From positions 4,352,001 to 4,416,000 of the forward strand of contig CBDETK010000013.1 of assembly GCA_965242865.1 (NCBI GenBank): a stretch of 64,000 nucleotides of DNA. The letters run 5' to 3'. Below the pieces are notes generated by a model that had not been told where the DNA came from, searched no databases, and saw only the letters and a program-made list of their open reading frames with translations. Position numbers and translations under genes: made by a program. This stretch comes from Candidatus Latescibacterota bacterium (GTDB lineage Bacteria > Latescibacterota > UBA2968 > UBA8231). Of this stretch, positions 49,056-60,685 are shown piece by piece (position 1 is the first letter of the stretch; each line of letters begins with the position of its first letter).

Positions 49056-51962
49056 ATGAACGGCAACACGACTGAACCCACCCTCAATACCCATCTCGCC
49101 CAACTCTTGCGGCGCAAGGGCCTTGAAGCAGAAAGCGAGCAACGAGTGCGCGACGCCTCGGGCAGATACCATCAGGTCGATGTCCTCATAGAATTGGACG
49201 CCGACGCCATCGCCTTAGAAGCCGAGTTCGCACCGGCGCGTTCGGTGCGCGATGATGCGAGCAAACGCCTCCAACGAAGCTCGCTATACTGGCGCGGCCT
49301 GCCGGTCACCAGCGCGTTCACTGTGATTTACCCAGAATCCATGCGGCGCATCCCCGAAAGCGACGCGGCCAATGCGCTCGCCAATACCCACGATCTCGCG
49401 TTCGCCCAAGGCACTGGTGCCGATGGCGTCATCCATTGGCGGCCAGCCCAGACGGGCAGCGTCCGCGACTTGGCTGAGACGCTGCACAATTTCTGGGTCC
49501 ACACCAGCCAAGCCGTGAACATTCAAGACATGGTAGATATGGCTTCGCAGGCCATTGCCACGGCCGCCGAAACACTGGCGCGGGCACCGAGCCTGCGGCA
49601 AATCGAGAAAGACAGTGACCCCTCGGCCACCTGTGCCCTGATTTGGCTCAACGCGCTCCTCTTTCAAGAAATTCTCGCGAAAGACTTGCTGCCCGAGGCA
49701 CTCCCAGCACCCCACACTGGCCGCCGCATCCCCCGGCCGCAAACCCATGAGGGATCGGTCGATTTACTGCAACAATGGGACTTGATTCTCTCCATCAACT
49801 GGTATCCGATCTTTGACGTGGCCCGCAAAACACTCGCAGAAGTCCCGTCGCCGTTGGATGTGCAGGCGCTGGGCATTCTCAAGCCGTGCGCTAAGGCCAT
49901 GGCTGAAAACCAAGCCATCCGCCGCCACGATGTTATGGGGCGGATATTTCATCGCTTGTTGGAGAGCCGAAAATACTTGGCGACCAACTATACCACCATA
50001 CCAGCGGCTGTTCTATTGGCCGGCCTCGCTTTTGACGACGATTCTCCATTGTGGGGTGGGGTGAAATGGGATGACGCTGAGCGCTTGGGAAAATTTTTGC
50101 GGATCGTCGATCCGGCTTGCGGTAGCGGTACGCTGCTGATGGCCGCGACCCAAGAGATACTCAAGCGATTGCGGCGAACACAACAGGAGTTGGACGGATC
50201 GTTGAAGGCCGTGCTTGAAAACGCTCTCATCGGCTTTGATGTCGTCCCCGGCGCAGTGCATCTGACCGCTACGACGCTTTCCATGGCTGAAACCCGCCAA
50301 GTATTAAAAGGCATCCCCATCTATCGCATGCCGCACGACGTGAACAACTGCATCGCTCGGCTAGGTAGTTTGGATTTCCTCCGCAAGGCCCCGAACTACA
50401 CAAACGCCCGCTCCGAGAGCTTATTCCCCGATCCAGAACAAGAAGCGGTTCGCGTCACTGGGACCGGAGAGCAGTTGCACGATTCCGAAATGTCATACGA
50501 GTGCGATCTCATCATTTCCAATCCGCCGTACACCCGTGCGGGTGGTCCCGGAAGCAGCGACAACACTAGTTGGAATCCGCTGTTTGGGTCTGTGTTGTCG
50601 AGCAAGGACCAAGAACGCATGAATAAGGCACTACGCAAAACGTTAGATGGCACTCCGGCGAGTTTGTACGCCGGTCTTGGCTCCGCGTTTGTGACGCTAG
50701 CGGATGAGCACTTAAAGATCGGCGGGCGGCTCGCTTTTGTTTTGCCCGCTACCGTCTTGACCGGCAGCCGCTGGTCGCCCATCCGCGAGTTGCTGCTCGA
50801 CCGCTACGATATTGAGTGGGTAATCGTCAGCCACGACGACCGCAACCGGACGGCCCGTGCTAGCCTACCCGGCCGCAGTTATGTCGCCTTCTCGGAATCG
50901 ACTCGCATCGCCGAGACGTTGATCGTCGCCACGCGCCGCAATGATTTAGAAAAGGCCAACGGGTGGACGCGATTTGTCAACCTTCGCCGCATCCCGGATG
51001 AACCCATTGCGGCTATAGGACTTGTACGCGCCCTGCTCACGGATCGCACGGACAACGATCTTCAAGAAGATGTCGAATGTTCGGTGATCGACCTTGCTGG
51101 CGTTGAGTGGGGAGAAATCATCGCCGTGCGTCAGCAAATGTTAGATGCTGGCTCATGGGCACACACGACCTTTATTCAAAGCCAACTTGCGACAACTACC
51201 TTGGATTTCCTACACTCGCAAAAGCTCGGATCGGGTCAGATTCCTCTAACCACCTTGGAAACTATCTGCGACTTAGGTCCTTACCACATGCAGATCAAGA
51301 ATCCAACACACGGTCTATTCGACATCGTTGAAACGGATGATCCAACGAGCATGGGCGAACCGGCCGTGTGGCATCATTCAGAAAAAAAGATGACAACATT
51401 AAAAGCGGCTGCGAATGCAAAGTTGCGACGGAAGAGGGGAAAAAGTCGTGCTGAACAAGACAAAATGCTGGAGCAAGCAAGTCATTTGCAGATCGCGTCA
51501 GAGCTGAGACATGCCCCGCAGAGAGTGGCAGCTATCTATACGGAAGAGCCGATGCTCGGCGTTAGCTCATGGATCAGCTTAAAGATGAAGAATCCACGCG
51601 ATGGTGCAGAAGAGGTGCTATGCCTGTGGCTCAACAGCACCCTCGGTTTATTGCTGCGAATCGTTCACGCGAACCGGCCCTATCTCGGCAGAAGCAGGCT
51701 ACCGCACGAGTTAGGGCGCACGTTGCAGGTTATAGACGCGAATCGTCTGACCGACCAACAGTTACAGATAGGAAAGCAGATTTTCGCTGATTTAGCCGCC
51801 AGTCCGCTCGCTGGTTTCGCCAAGCTAACTTCCGACCCTGTTCGCCGCGAGCTAGACCAGCGAATAATGGCAGACCTGCTAGCGCTTCCCGACGCGGCAA
51901 CCACGGTCGAGCAATTGGCAAAAATGCTGGCGCATGAACCACTACTGACGACTCGCCATTAG
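49056..51962 (+). CDS. Type IIG-like restriction-modification enzyme (nuclease + amino-methyltransferase + TRD in one chain)
   Basis: N-terminal VDVLI...LEAEF nuclease-like motif; motif [12 protein letters not shown]; motif IV NPPY; lower GC than flanks. Confidence 0.8.
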   Translation: MNGNTTEPTLNTHLAQLLRRKGLEAESEQRVRDASGRYHQVDVLIELDADAIALEAEFAPARSVRDDASKRLQRSSLYWRGLPVTSAFTVIYPESMRRIPESDAANALANTHDLAFAQGTGADGVIHWRPAQTGSVRDLAETLHNFWVHTSQAVNIQDMVDMASQAIATAAETLARAPSLRQIEKDSDPSATCALIWLNALLFQEILAKDLLPEALPAPHTGRRIPRPQTHEGSVDLLQQWDLILSINWYPIFDVARKTLAEVPSPLDVQALGILKPCAKAMAENQAIRRHDVMGRIFHRLLESRKYLATNYTTIPAAVLLAGLAFDDDSPLWGGVKWDDAERLGKFLRIVDPACGSGTLLMAATQEILKRLRRTQQELDGSLKAVLENALIGFDVVPGAVHLTATTLSMAETRQVLKGIPIYRMPHDVNNCIARLGSLDFLRKAPNYTNARSESLFPDPEQEAVRVTGTGEQLHDSEMSYECDLIISNPPYTRAGGPGSSDNTSWNPLFGSVLSSKDQERMNKALRKTLDGTPASLYAGLGSAFVTLADEHLKIGGRLAFVLPATVLTGSRWSPIRELLLDRYDIEWVIVSHDDRNRTARASLPGRSYVAFSESTRIAETLIVATRRNDLEKANGWTRFVNLRRIPDEPIAAIGLVRALLTDRTDNDLQEDVECSVIDLAGVEWGEIIAVRQQMLDAGSWAHTTFIQSQLATTTLDFLHSQKLGSGQIPLTTLETICDLGPYHMQIKNPTHGLFDIVETDDPTSMGEPAVWHHSEKKMTTLKAAANAKLRRKRGKSRAEQDKMLEQASHLQIASELRHAPQRVAAIYTEEPMLGVSSWISLKMKNPRDGAEEVLCLWLNSTLGLLLRIVHANRPYLGRSRLPHELGRTLQVIDANRLTDQQLQIGKQIFADLAASPLAGFAKLTSDPVRRELDQRIMADLLALPDAATTVEQLAKMLAHEPLLTTRH

Positions 51963-52012
51963 AGCAGGTTTAAGTACGCGACACTTGCTTTAAGCAGTTC
52001 CCGTTGCGTCCG

Positions 52013-52064
52013 GGATCGAGGGCGTCCCGCCCGCCCTTGACGAGGGCAAGATGCCCTCGATTCC
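52013..52064. repeat. REP-like palindrome
   Basis: GGATCGAGGGC...CGAGGGCA-AGA-TGCCCTCG-ATTCC; related GGATCGAGGGCG also near 807. Confidence 0.5.
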
Positions 52065-52142
52065 GATACTTGGGAAGCAGGGGCTGGTGTCGCGTAGTAA
52101 AGTCAACCACAAAACCCGCATTCAAGCGGAGGAGAAAAGCTC

Positions 52143-53099
52143 GTGGACCTAAGTTTTATGACCAGCGCCGGCGGCGCCAACCATTGGAGCCTCGACGAAT
52201 GCGCCTGTTGGGCGCGAGCGCACGATTTCGACTGCGTACGCCTGAACGACTCCGGTGCGCTCGATTCGGATCACATTCTAGTGGTCGGCCCGGATGCGGT
52301 GTTGGCGACCCTGCGCCAGCACGGCCTGTATCTCGCCGCCCTCACCGCGCACCACAACCTGCTCGACGACGACCGCGCCCAAGCCCGCGCCGCCCAAGCC
52401 AAGCTGCTCAAGGCGATTGAGTCGGCCCGCGCCCTCGGCTGCCCAGTCGTGGTCACCAGCAGCGGCGCACCCGTGCGCAACGGCCAGTTCTACGGCATGT
52501 TCTCGGCCGAGCCGGGCAACCCCAGCGACCGGTCCGACGAATTAGTGGGCCGCTTCCAAGCCATGTTTGAACCCGTGGTGCAAGCGGCCGAAGCCAGCGG
52601 CGTCCGGCTCGCCCTCGACGTGGCCGTGCGCATGGGCCAAATTGGCTGCAACCCGGAGATGTGGGAAAGAATTCTCAACGCCGTGCCGTCGGATCACCTC
52701 GGCCTGTCCTGCGATCCTTCGCACTGGCTGTGGATGCACATTTTGCCGGTTGAGGACGTCATCCGCGACTTTGCCGGCCATTGGTACTACGCCGATGTCA
52801 AGGACTGCGAGATTAGCCCGCGGATGCTCTATCGCCAGGGCATCATTGGCAACTGGTGGTGGCAATACCGCGTCCCCGGCCGCGGCCAACTCAACTGGAG
52901 CACGATCATCGGCGCGCTGTGGGAATCCGGCTACGACTACGTGTTGTGCGTTGAAAACGAGGACCGCGGCTTTCCCGGGCTAGCGGGCTTTGCCTTTGGC
53001 GGCCGTCACTTGCGCGGCTTGCTGCCGCCCAAGGAAGCGAACTTTAAGCGGCAAGGGCCCCCTTGGAAGACCAGCGGATGGGAGCGCAAGGCCGAGTGA
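52143..53099 (+). CDS. Sugar-phosphate isomerase/epimerase (xylose-isomerase-like TIM barrel)
   Basis: DPSH, VKD, RVPGRGQLNW, YDYVLCVENED. Confidence 0.85.
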   Translation: MDLSFMTSAGGANHWSLDECACWARAHDFDCVRLNDSGALDSDHILVVGPDAVLATLRQHGLYLAALTAHHNLLDDDRAQARAAQAKLLKAIESARALGCPVVVTSSGAPVRNGQFYGMFSAEPGNPSDRSDELVGRFQAMFEPVVQAAEASGVRLALDVAVRMGQIGCNPEMWERILNAVPSDHLGLSCDPSHWLWMHILPVEDVIRDFAGHWYYADVKDCEISPRMLYRQGIIGNWWWQYRVPGRGQLNWSTIIGALWESGYDYVLCVENEDRGFPGLAGFAFGGRHLRGLLPPKEANFKRQGPPWKTSGWERKAE

Positions 53100-53159
53100 A
53101 GGTTGCCGTTGGGACCGTTTGCCCTATTTTGCCACCCTGCAACCAGCCACCGAGGAGCC

Positions 53160-54833
53160 ATGAGCACGGACAACAACCGCGACTTTATCCGCGAAGCCAT
53201 TGACGCCGACCTCAAAAGCGGCCGCTACGGCCGGGTCGTCACCCGCTTTCCACCGGAGCCGAACGCGTACCTGCACATCGGCAGCGCCAAGGCCATCTCG
53301 ATCAACTTCGGCATTGCCGCAGACTACGGCGGCCAGTGCAACCTCCGCTACGACGACACCAACCCCACGCGCGAAGAGCAAGAATACGTGGACTCCATGC
53401 AGGAGGACATTCGCTGGCTCGGCTACGACTGGGGGCCTCAGCCGTACTACGCTTCCGATTACTTCGGCCAGCTCTACGACTGGGCCGTCGTGCTCATCAA
53501 AAAGGGCTTGGCGTACGTGGACGACCAGACTGCGGACGCGATCCGGGAACACCGCGGCACCCTCACCAAGCCGGGCAAAAACAGCCCGTACCGCGACCGC
53601 TCCATCGAGGAAAATCTCCACCTTTTCGAGCAGATGAAAGCCGGCGCGTTCCCCGATGGCAGCCGCGTGTTGCGCGCCAAAATCGACATGGCCTCGCCCA
53701 ACATCAACCTGCGCGACCCGGTCATGTACCGCATCATGCACACCCCCCATCACCGCACCGGCGACGCTTGGTGCATCTATCCGCTCTACGACTGGGCCCA
53801 CGGCCAGAGCGACTCCATTGAGGGCGTTACGCACTCGTTGTGTTCGGACGAATTCATCAACAATCGCCCCCTGTACGATTGGTTCATCCAGCAGCTCGAC
53901 ATCTTTCCCTCGCGCCAAATCGAATTCGCCCGCGGCAACATCACGTACACCGTGTTGTCCAAGCGCTACCTCCGGCAGCTCATCGAGCAAAAGCTAGTGT
54001 CGGGCTGGGACGATCCGCGGCTCTCTACCTTGCGCGGTCTGCGCCGCTTGGGCTGCCCGCCCGAAGCCATTCGCCGCTTCTGGGCCGAATCGGGCGTCGC
54101 CCGCCGCGGCAACAACATCGACATCGCGCTCCTCGAATACTGCATCCGCGACCAGCTCAACAAGACCGCGCCCCGGCGCATGGCCGTGCTCAATCCGCTC
54201 AAGGTCGTCCTCGAAAACTACCCAGCGGACCAAAGCGAAATGCTAACGGCCATCAACAACCCAGAGGACGCAAGCGCCGGCACCCGGTCCATCCCCTTTT
54301 CGCGCCACCTTTACATCGAGCGCGAGGACTTTATGGAAGACCCGCCGCGCAAGTTCTTTCGCCTCGCCCCGGGCCGCGAAATCCGCCTGCGCTACGCCTA
54401 TTTCATCACCTGTACCGAGGTGGTCAAAGACGACCGCGGCGAGGTCGTCGAGCTGCGCTGCACGTACGATCCGGCCACCCGCGGCGGCAACGCCCCCGAT
54501 GGCCGCAAGGTCAAAGCCACCTTGCACTGGGTCTCGGCCCCCCACGCGGTCCCCGCCGAGGTGCGGCTCTACGACCGGCTCTTCAAGGTCGAAAACCCGC
54601 TCAAAGCCCCGCCCGGGGGCACTTGGCTGGACAACCTCAACCCAGACTCGCTCAAAGTCCTCAACCCCTGCTATCTAGAGCCGTCCCTCGTCGATATGGC
54701 CCCGGGGGACTCCTGCCAATTTGAGCGGCTCGGCTACTTCTGCGCCGACTGTGCGGACCACGCCCCGGCCGCGCCCGTCTTCAATCGCACCGTCACCTTG
54801 CGCGACACGTGGGCGCGGCTGCAGAAGCGCTAG
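53160..54833 (+). CDS. glnS: Glutamine--tRNA ligase
   Basis: [42 protein letters not shown]; RBS GAGGAG. Confidence 0.93.
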   Translation: MSTDNNRDFIREAIDADLKSGRYGRVVTRFPPEPNAYLHIGSAKAISINFGIAADYGGQCNLRYDDTNPTREEQEYVDSMQEDIRWLGYDWGPQPYYASDYFGQLYDWAVVLIKKGLAYVDDQTADAIREHRGTLTKPGKNSPYRDRSIEENLHLFEQMKAGAFPDGSRVLRAKIDMASPNINLRDPVMYRIMHTPHHRTGDAWCIYPLYDWAHGQSDSIEGVTHSLCSDEFINNRPLYDWFIQQLDIFPSRQIEFARGNITYTVLSKRYLRQLIEQKLVSGWDDPRLSTLRGLRRLGCPPEAIRRFWAESGVARRGNNIDIALLEYCIRDQLNKTAPRRMAVLNPLKVVLENYPADQSEMLTAINNPEDASAGTRSIPFSRHLYIEREDFMEDPPRKFFRLAPGREIRLRYAYFITCTEVVKDDRGEVVELRCTYDPATRGGNAPDGRKVKATLHWVSAPHAVPAEVRLYDRLFKVENPLKAPPGGTWLDNLNPDSLKVLNPCYLEPSLVDMAPGDSCQFERLGYFCADCADHAPAAPVFNRTVTLRDTWARLQKR

Positions 54834-54849
54834 GCCAGCCCGGCCGCGC

Positions 54850-55620
54850 ATGCGGGTTTCGCGCATCTTACCGGCCTTACTGCTGGCGGCCTCCGTTGCC
54901 GCCGACGAGGTCCTCGTGCCGGCCGGTCCCTTCACCATGGGCATCGATCACCCGCGCGCCACCGACGAAAAGCCCAGCCGCCCAGTCTATCTCAGCGCCT
55001 TTTCCATCGACCGCTACGAGGTCACCAACGCCCGCTTCGCCGCCTTTGTCGCGGCCACCGGCTACCAGACAGACGCGGAAAAACGCGGCGCTGAAAGGGC
55101 CGATGGCATTAGCTGGCGTCAGCCCCATGGCCCCGGGTCGGCGGCCGCCCCAAGCCATCCCGTCGTCTATGTCAGTTGGCACGATGCCGAAGCGTATTGC
55201 GCGTGGCGCGGCGGCCGGCTGCCCACCGAAGCCGAGTGGGAAAAAAGCGCGCGCGGCCGCGATGGCCGGCTCTGGCCTTGGGGTGCGGCGTTTGCCGCTG
55301 ACCGCGCCAATCTTTGGGGCCCGGAAGACGGCTATGCCGAGTTGGCCCCGGTCGGCTCTTTTCCCGCTGGGGCCAGCCCGTACGGTGCCTTCGACATGGC
55401 CGGTAATGTCTGGGAGTGGTGCGCCGACTGGTACGACGCCACCTATTACGCCACCGCGCCGACCCAAGACCCGCAAGGGCCAGCGACTGGCCGCTTCAAG
55501 GTCTTGCGCGGCGGCTCGTGGATCAACCGAGGCCCCACCCTGCGCAGCATCAACCGCTTCGAGCTCCTGCCGGTAGAGCGCAGTGCCTACATCGGCTTCC
55601 GCTGCGCCCGCTCGCCATGA
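54850..55620 (+). CDS. FGE-sulfatase (SUMF1-fold) domain exported protein
   Basis: RYEVTNARF, HPVVYVSW, RLPTEAEWEK, DMAGNVWEW, RGGSW, GFRCAR; no catalytic Cys pair. Confidence 0.9.
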   Translation: MRVSRILPALLLAASVAADEVLVPAGPFTMGIDHPRATDEKPSRPVYLSAFSIDRYEVTNARFAAFVAATGYQTDAEKRGAERADGISWRQPHGPGSAAAPSHPVVYVSWHDAEAYCAWRGGRLPTEAEWEKSARGRDGRLWPWGAAFAADRANLWGPEDGYAELAPVGSFPAGASPYGAFDMAGNVWEWCADWYDATYYATAPTQDPQGPATGRFKVLRGGSWINRGPTLRSINRFELLPVERSAYIGFRCARSP

Positions 55621-57257
55621 CCCGGCTTATCGCGCTGGGCGTCGCGCTGTTAGCGGCCTGCGACGCGCCCGATCCCGTGCGCTTTGCCGAAGTGGGCACG
55701 GCCGCTGGCCTCCGCTTTGAGCTGCGTTCTGGCGGGCAGGTCAAAAACTACATCGTAGAGGCCAAGGGCGGCGGCGGCGCGTTTCTCGACTACGACGGCG
55801 ACGGTTGGCTCGACATCTACTTGGTCAACGGCTCGCGCCTAAAAGGCTATTCCGACTCAGCCCCGACCAACGCCCTCTACCGCAACCTAGGCGACGGCAC
55901 CTTTGAGGACCGCACCCGCTCGGCCGGGGTCGGCGATGCGGGTTGGGGCATGGGCTGCGCGGTGGCCGACTACGACCAAGACGGCGACCTCGACCTGTAC
56001 GTGACCAATTACGGCCCCAACATCCTGTACCGGAACGAGGGCCAAGGCCGATTCCGCGACGTCGGCCAAACCGCCGGCGTCGATCGGGCGGGCTGGAGCA
56101 CGGGGGCTAGCTTTGGCGACTACGATCTGGACGGCGACCTCGACCTCTACGTAGCCCAGTACTTGCACTTTGCGCCCGAGCGCGTTCCGCCCCGGGGCGG
56201 CATGTGGAAGGGGGTTTTAGTCTTTGCGGGACCATCCGGTCTTCCCGGGGCGCAGGATGTCCTGTACCGGAACGAGGGCCAAGGCCGGTTCCGCGACGTC
56301 ACCCGCCAAGCAGGGGTCAGTCAACGGACGCCGACCTACGGCCTAAGTGCCCTTTTTTGCGACTACGACCAAGACGGCGACCCAGACCTCTACGTGGCCA
56401 ATGACTCAGCCCCCAATTTTCTCTATCGGAACGAGGGAAACGGCCAATTCCGCGACGTCGGTGTGGAGGCGGGTGCTGCCCTCAGTGCCGAGGGCGGGGC
56501 GCAAGCCGGCATGGGCATCGCTTACGGGGACTGCGATGGCGATGGCGACGGCGATTTTCTGGTGACCCACTTTGAGGACGACTACAACACCCTGTACCGC
56601 AATCGCAGCGATGGGACCTTTGCCGTGGCCAGTGCTGAGGTCGGCCTCGCCGCGCCAAGCCTGCCCCACTTGGCCTTTGGCGCGTGCTTTTTCGATTACG
56701 ACAACGACCAAGACCAAGACCTCTTCGTCGCCAACGGCCATGTCTATCCCCAAATGCGACACCTGAACCCAGACGGGTACGCCGAGCCGAACCAGCTTTT
56801 TGCCAATCAGGGCCAAGCCGGGGCCTATCGCTTCTCAGAAGTTGCCGCCGGGGACCTAAGCCGCCCGGCCGTCAGCCGCGGGGTCGCCAAGGGGGACTAC
56901 GACAACGATGGGGATGTAGATGTTTTGGTCTGCAACCTCGACGGACCGCCGCACCTGCTGCGCAACGACGGCGGCAACCAGCGCAACTATCTGAGCCTGC
57001 GGTTGGTTGGCACCGCGTCCAATCGCGATGGCATTGGGGCGCGGGTCTCGGTCGTCAGTGGCGGGGTCGAGCAGATCGCCGAGCGGGTCAGTGGCGGCAG
57101 CTTTCTCTCGCACAGCGACGGGCGCGTCCATTTCGGTTTGGGCGCGAACACCGTGGCCGAGCGCGTTGAAATCCACTGGCCTTCGGGCCGCGGCCAGCGC
57201 TTAGAGGACGTGCCCGCGAATCAGTTCTTGGTGGTAGAAGAACCGGGGCCGCCCTGA
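55617..57257 (+). CDS. CRTAC1/ASPIC-UnbV FG-GAP repeat lipoprotein
   Basis: Repeated DYDxDGDLDLYV, LYRNEG; SNRDGIGARV, HFGLG, WPSG. Confidence 0.92.
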   Translation: MTRLIALGVALLAACDAPDPVRFAEVGTAAGLRFELRSGGQVKNYIVEAKGGGGAFLDYDGDGWLDIYLVNGSRLKGYSDSAPTNALYRNLGDGTFEDRTRSAGVGDAGWGMGCAVADYDQDGDLDLYVTNYGPNILYRNEGQGRFRDVGQTAGVDRAGWSTGASFGDYDLDGDLDLYVAQYLHFAPERVPPRGGMWKGVLVFAGPSGLPGAQDVLYRNEGQGRFRDVTRQAGVSQRTPTYGLSALFCDYDQDGDPDLYVANDSAPNFLYRNEGNGQFRDVGVEAGAALSAEGGAQAGMGIAYGDCDGDGDGDFLVTHFEDDYNTLYRNRSDGTFAVASAEVGLAAPSLPHLAFGACFFDYDNDQDQDLFVANGHVYPQMRHLNPDGYAEPNQLFANQGQAGAYRFSEVAAGDLSRPAVSRGVAKGDYDNDGDVDVLVCNLDGPPHLLRNDGGNQRNYLSLRLVGTASNRDGIGARVSVVSGGVEQIAERVSGGSFLSHSDGRVHFGLGANTVAERVEIHWPSGRGQRLEDVPANQFLVVEEPGPP

Positions 57258-57452
57258 GCTTACGGATGCCAATGCAAAAGTCTGGGGAGGTTGGACAGCC
57301 ATATCCTCGGACTCTCTGACCGATTCTCTCTTCGCCTCAACGATTGATTGGGTATAGGTCAGACATAGCAATAACTTCGCGTCCTCAACTTCACCCCGCC
57401 GCATCTCTTTTGTCAGCAGAGTTGCCGAAAAAAGGTAAAACGCGACGGCCTC

Positions 57453-58727
57453 CTACCAATAGCGCAGCGCGTCCGCAAAAATCCCCGCCAGTGCCTCGGC
57501 GTTAGCGGGGCGCGGCGAGAGCTTGGTCACCCGGTGCTGCGGCAGCGTGCCCTTGACCAGTGCCGGGATGTGCTGGGGGCCGTAGCCGAGCGCGCTGAGG
57601 CCGTTGGGCGCGTCGAGTCGGCGCATCAGCGCGACGATGCGGTCGGCCAAAATCGCGCCCGCGTCCTCGTCGTCAGCGCCGCGGCAATCGGCTCCCAAGA
57701 CCGCTGCGGCCCGCAGATGCCGCTGGGGGCTGGCCGGCGCGGTAAAGCGAAAAACGGCCGGCGCGTTGACGATCACGGCAAACCCGTGCGGCACCAGCGG
57801 GTAATCAACCGCGTATCCAGCCGGCACATAGCTTTCCACCATGCCAGCCACCGGATAGGACATGCCGTGCGGCAAGTGGACGCCGGCGTTGCCAAAACCA
57901 ATGCCGGCGAGGGCCGCGGCCAAGCTCATCGCGCTGCGAGCCTCGTCGTCGCTGGGGTCGGCCACGGCGCGGGGCAGAAATCGCGCCACCAACCGCAAAG
58001 CCTCCAACGCCCACAAGTCGCTGATGGGATTGGAGCCTTGGTAGGCCGGTCGCAGTTGGGGCCGGTCGGGGCGGGGACGTTGGTCAAACGGCAGGGCCGT
58101 GTACGACTCCAAGGCATGTGAGAGCACGTCGAGGCCGGTGGCCGCGGCCACCGGCCTCGACGTGGAGCGCGTGTTGTCTGGATCGACGATCCCCAGCGTT
58201 GGGCGCATATAGCGGTGGGCCATGCCGGTCTTGGCCTTCATCGCGAGGAAGTCGAAAATCGCCACGCCCGTCGTCTCGCTGCCGGTGCCAGCCGTGGTGG
58301 GAACGGCGATGAGCGGCTTGAGCGGGCCGGGCACGGGCACCCCCCGGCCAATTGGCGCGTTGACGTACGCGAGGAAGTCGGCCGGATACGTGGTGTACAC
58401 GTTGGCCGCTTTGGCCGTGTCCATCACCGACCCGCCGCCGACTGCGACAAACCCGTCAAACCCTTGTTGGGCGTACGCAATCGCGGCCTTGAACGAGGCG
58501 TCGGTCGGCTCGACGCGCACTTGGTCGAACAGCGCGTACTCGACGCCCGCCTCTGCAATGGCCGCCAAGGCTGTCTGCACCGGCGCTTGCGCACGCAAGT
58601 TTGGATCGGTCAAAACCAAGACCCGCTTCAGCCCCCAGTCCTTTAGGTCCATGCCGATCTCCTGAGTGGTGCCCGGGCCAAAGCGGATGTTGGAGGTGGC
58701 GATTTCGTAGGCCGTGTCACAAAGCAT
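57453..58727 (-). CDS. Hydroxyacid-oxoacid transhydrogenase (Fe-ADH family)
   Basis: GGGSVMDTAK, PTTAGTGSETTG, RPAYQGSNPISD, FGNAGVHLPHGMSYP, HRVTKLSPR. Confidence 0.9.
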   Translation of the reverse strand: MLCDTAYEIATSNIRFGPGTTQEIGMDLKDWGLKRVLVLTDPNLRAQAPVQTALAAIAEAGVEYALFDQVRVEPTDASFKAAIAYAQQGFDGFVAVGGGSVMDTAKAANVYTTYPADFLAYVNAPIGRGVPVPGPLKPLIAVPTTAGTGSETTGVAIFDFLAMKAKTGMAHRYMRPTLGIVDPDNTRSTSRPVAAATGLDVLSHALESYTALPFDQRPRPDRPQLRPAYQGSNPISDLWALEALRLVARFLPRAVADPSDDEARSAMSLAAALAGIGFGNAGVHLPHGMSYPVAGMVESYVPAGYAVDYPLVPHGFAVIVNAPAVFRFTAPASPQRHLRAAAVLGADCRGADDEDAGAILADRIVALMRRLDAPNGLSALGYGPQHIPALVKGTLPQHRVTKLSPRPANAEALAGIFADALRYW

Positions 58728-58798
58728 GGCGTCGTCCTTTCGGGCGGGGAATATAGGGTTGACGCGAAGGGGGAGGCAAGGCTAGTTAAAAGAGCTTT
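58693..58798. repeat. Left copy of 106-bp direct repeat (transhydrogenase 5' end + divergent promoter)
   Basis: Matches 62876-62981 with 7 mismatches; 78-bp core 58721-58798 has 2. Confidence 0.95.
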
Positions 58799-58861
58799 CA
58801 TGGCCTCTCAGCACCTGCGATTACTAACGCCGCCCGTCGCCAGACTATTCCCGCTTTTCGC

Positions 58862-60652
58862 GAAAAGGGGGCACTCGCGGCCAACTTCCGGGGCTATGAC
58901 ATTTCGCCCGATATGGTGCGGCTGTCGCTGGTGAATCTGTATCTGCACGGCTTTGTCGAGCCGCATATTGCCGAATACGATACCTTGACCAGCGAGGAGC
59001 GTTGGAACGAGTATGCCGACGTGATTTTGGCCAATCCGCCGTTTATGTCGCCCAAGGGGGGCATTCGCCCGCACAGCCGCTTTTCGGTCCAGTCCAAGCG
59101 CAGCGAAGTGCTGTTTGTCGATTACATTGCCGAGCATCTGACGCCTGCGGGTCGGGCGGGGATCATCGTGCCGGAGGGGATTATCTTTCAGAGCCAGCGT
59201 GCCCACAAGCAGTTGCGAAAGATGCTGGTGGAGAATTATCTGGTCGCGGTGGTCTCGCTGCCGGCGGGGGTGTTTCAGCCGTATTCCGGGGTTAAGACTT
59301 CCATCCTGATTCTGGACCGATCGCTTGCGACAAAGGCCGATCACATCGCCTTTTTCAAGGTAGAAAACGATGGGTTTGATTTGGGGGCGCAGCGGCGAGA
59401 GATTGTGGAGAATGATTTACCGCAGGTGCGGGCGGAGCTTGGCGAATACTTGCGCCGTTTGCACACAGGAGAATCTGTGGCAGACTTCGCGCCGACGTTG
59501 GGACTGGTCGGTGAAAAAGAAAGAGTTGCGGAGGGTGGGGAATACAATCTGAGTGGGGAAAGGTATCGGGAGAGTGGAGCAAGACAGTCTAATTGGCCGG
59601 TGGTCTCGTTAGGAGAGCAAGAGATTTTCAGCATTGAAAGTGGTGGCACACCCAAGTCAGGAATCGAGGAATACTGGGATGGTGGCATACCTTGGTTCAC
59701 GCTGGTTGATTTGCCAGCAGGCGATTTCATCACAGAAATTACCGACACGCAGAGGACGATAAGCGAGAAGGGCTTGCGGAACTCGGCTGCAAAGATGCTT
59801 CCTGCCAACTCCGTTGTTGTTTCATCAAGAGCGACTATTGGTCGAATCGGTATCAATCGCATCCCTCTCGCCACCAACCAAGGCTTCAAAAGTGTCGTCA
59901 TCAAAGATACAAATAGAGCCATTCCTGAATACGTTGCATTGGCATTGACGAAATTGGTGCCGACAATGCAAGCCCAAGCCAGCGGGTCAACGTACAAAGA
60001 AATTATCAAGTCAAGGTTCAGTGAACTAAGCATCCCTCTGCCGCCGCTGGAAGTACAGCGAGAAATCGTCGCGGAGATTGAGGGCTATCGGCGGGTGATA
60101 GAGGGGGCACGGGCGGTGGTGGAGAACTGGCAGCCGCAGATTGCGATTGATCTGGGGTGGCCGATGGTGGCGCTGGGAGAAATCATCTCTTTGGAATACG
60201 GCAAATCACTCAAAGCCGAAAACCGAATTGAAGGACCATATCCGGTATATGGATCAAATGGAATCGTCGGTTATCACAATGAATGTTTGATTGAGGGACC
60301 AGCCATCATTGTAGGACGAAAAGGTTCTGCGGGTGCCGTCAATTTTTGCGAGACGCCGTGTTATCCAATAGATACGACATTCTTTGTCCGTATCAGAGAG
60401 CGACAGCGGCTTGATGTCCTATTCTGCTACTATCAGATGCTTGAGCTTGAGTTGGACAAAGTAAATGTTCAGTCTGGTGTTCCGGGTCTAAATCGGAACG
60501 ATGCGTACCGCAAAACGATAGCTGTACCGCCCCTTAAAACTCAGCAAGCCATCGTCGCCGAGATAGAGGCGGAACAGGCATTGGTGGATGGCAACCGAGC
60601 GTTGATCGAGCGACGCGATGTGGTGGGACGGGTGTGGGGGGAGGGGGAATAG
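58862..60652 (+). pseudogene. 5'-truncated Type I HsdM-HsdS fusion
   Basis: Begins mid-MTase (GYDISPDMVRL), has NPPF but no SAM-binding motif I; two TRDs (SGGTP..TNQGF..LPPLEVQREIV; YPVYGSNG..GRKGS..VPPLKTQQAIV); no hsdR. Confidence 0.8.
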
Positions 60653-60685
60653 ACTAAAAGCTGATTGGGAAGTTGATCAGTTCGG

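Noticed and set aside
54850-55620. DGR target or active formylglycine-generating enzyme
   Set aside because: No reverse transcriptase or template repeat seen; catalytic Cys pair absent
57201-57404. 67-aa minus-strand ORF
   Set aside because: No recognisable motif and overlaps the ASPIC gene end; treated as a foreign scrap only
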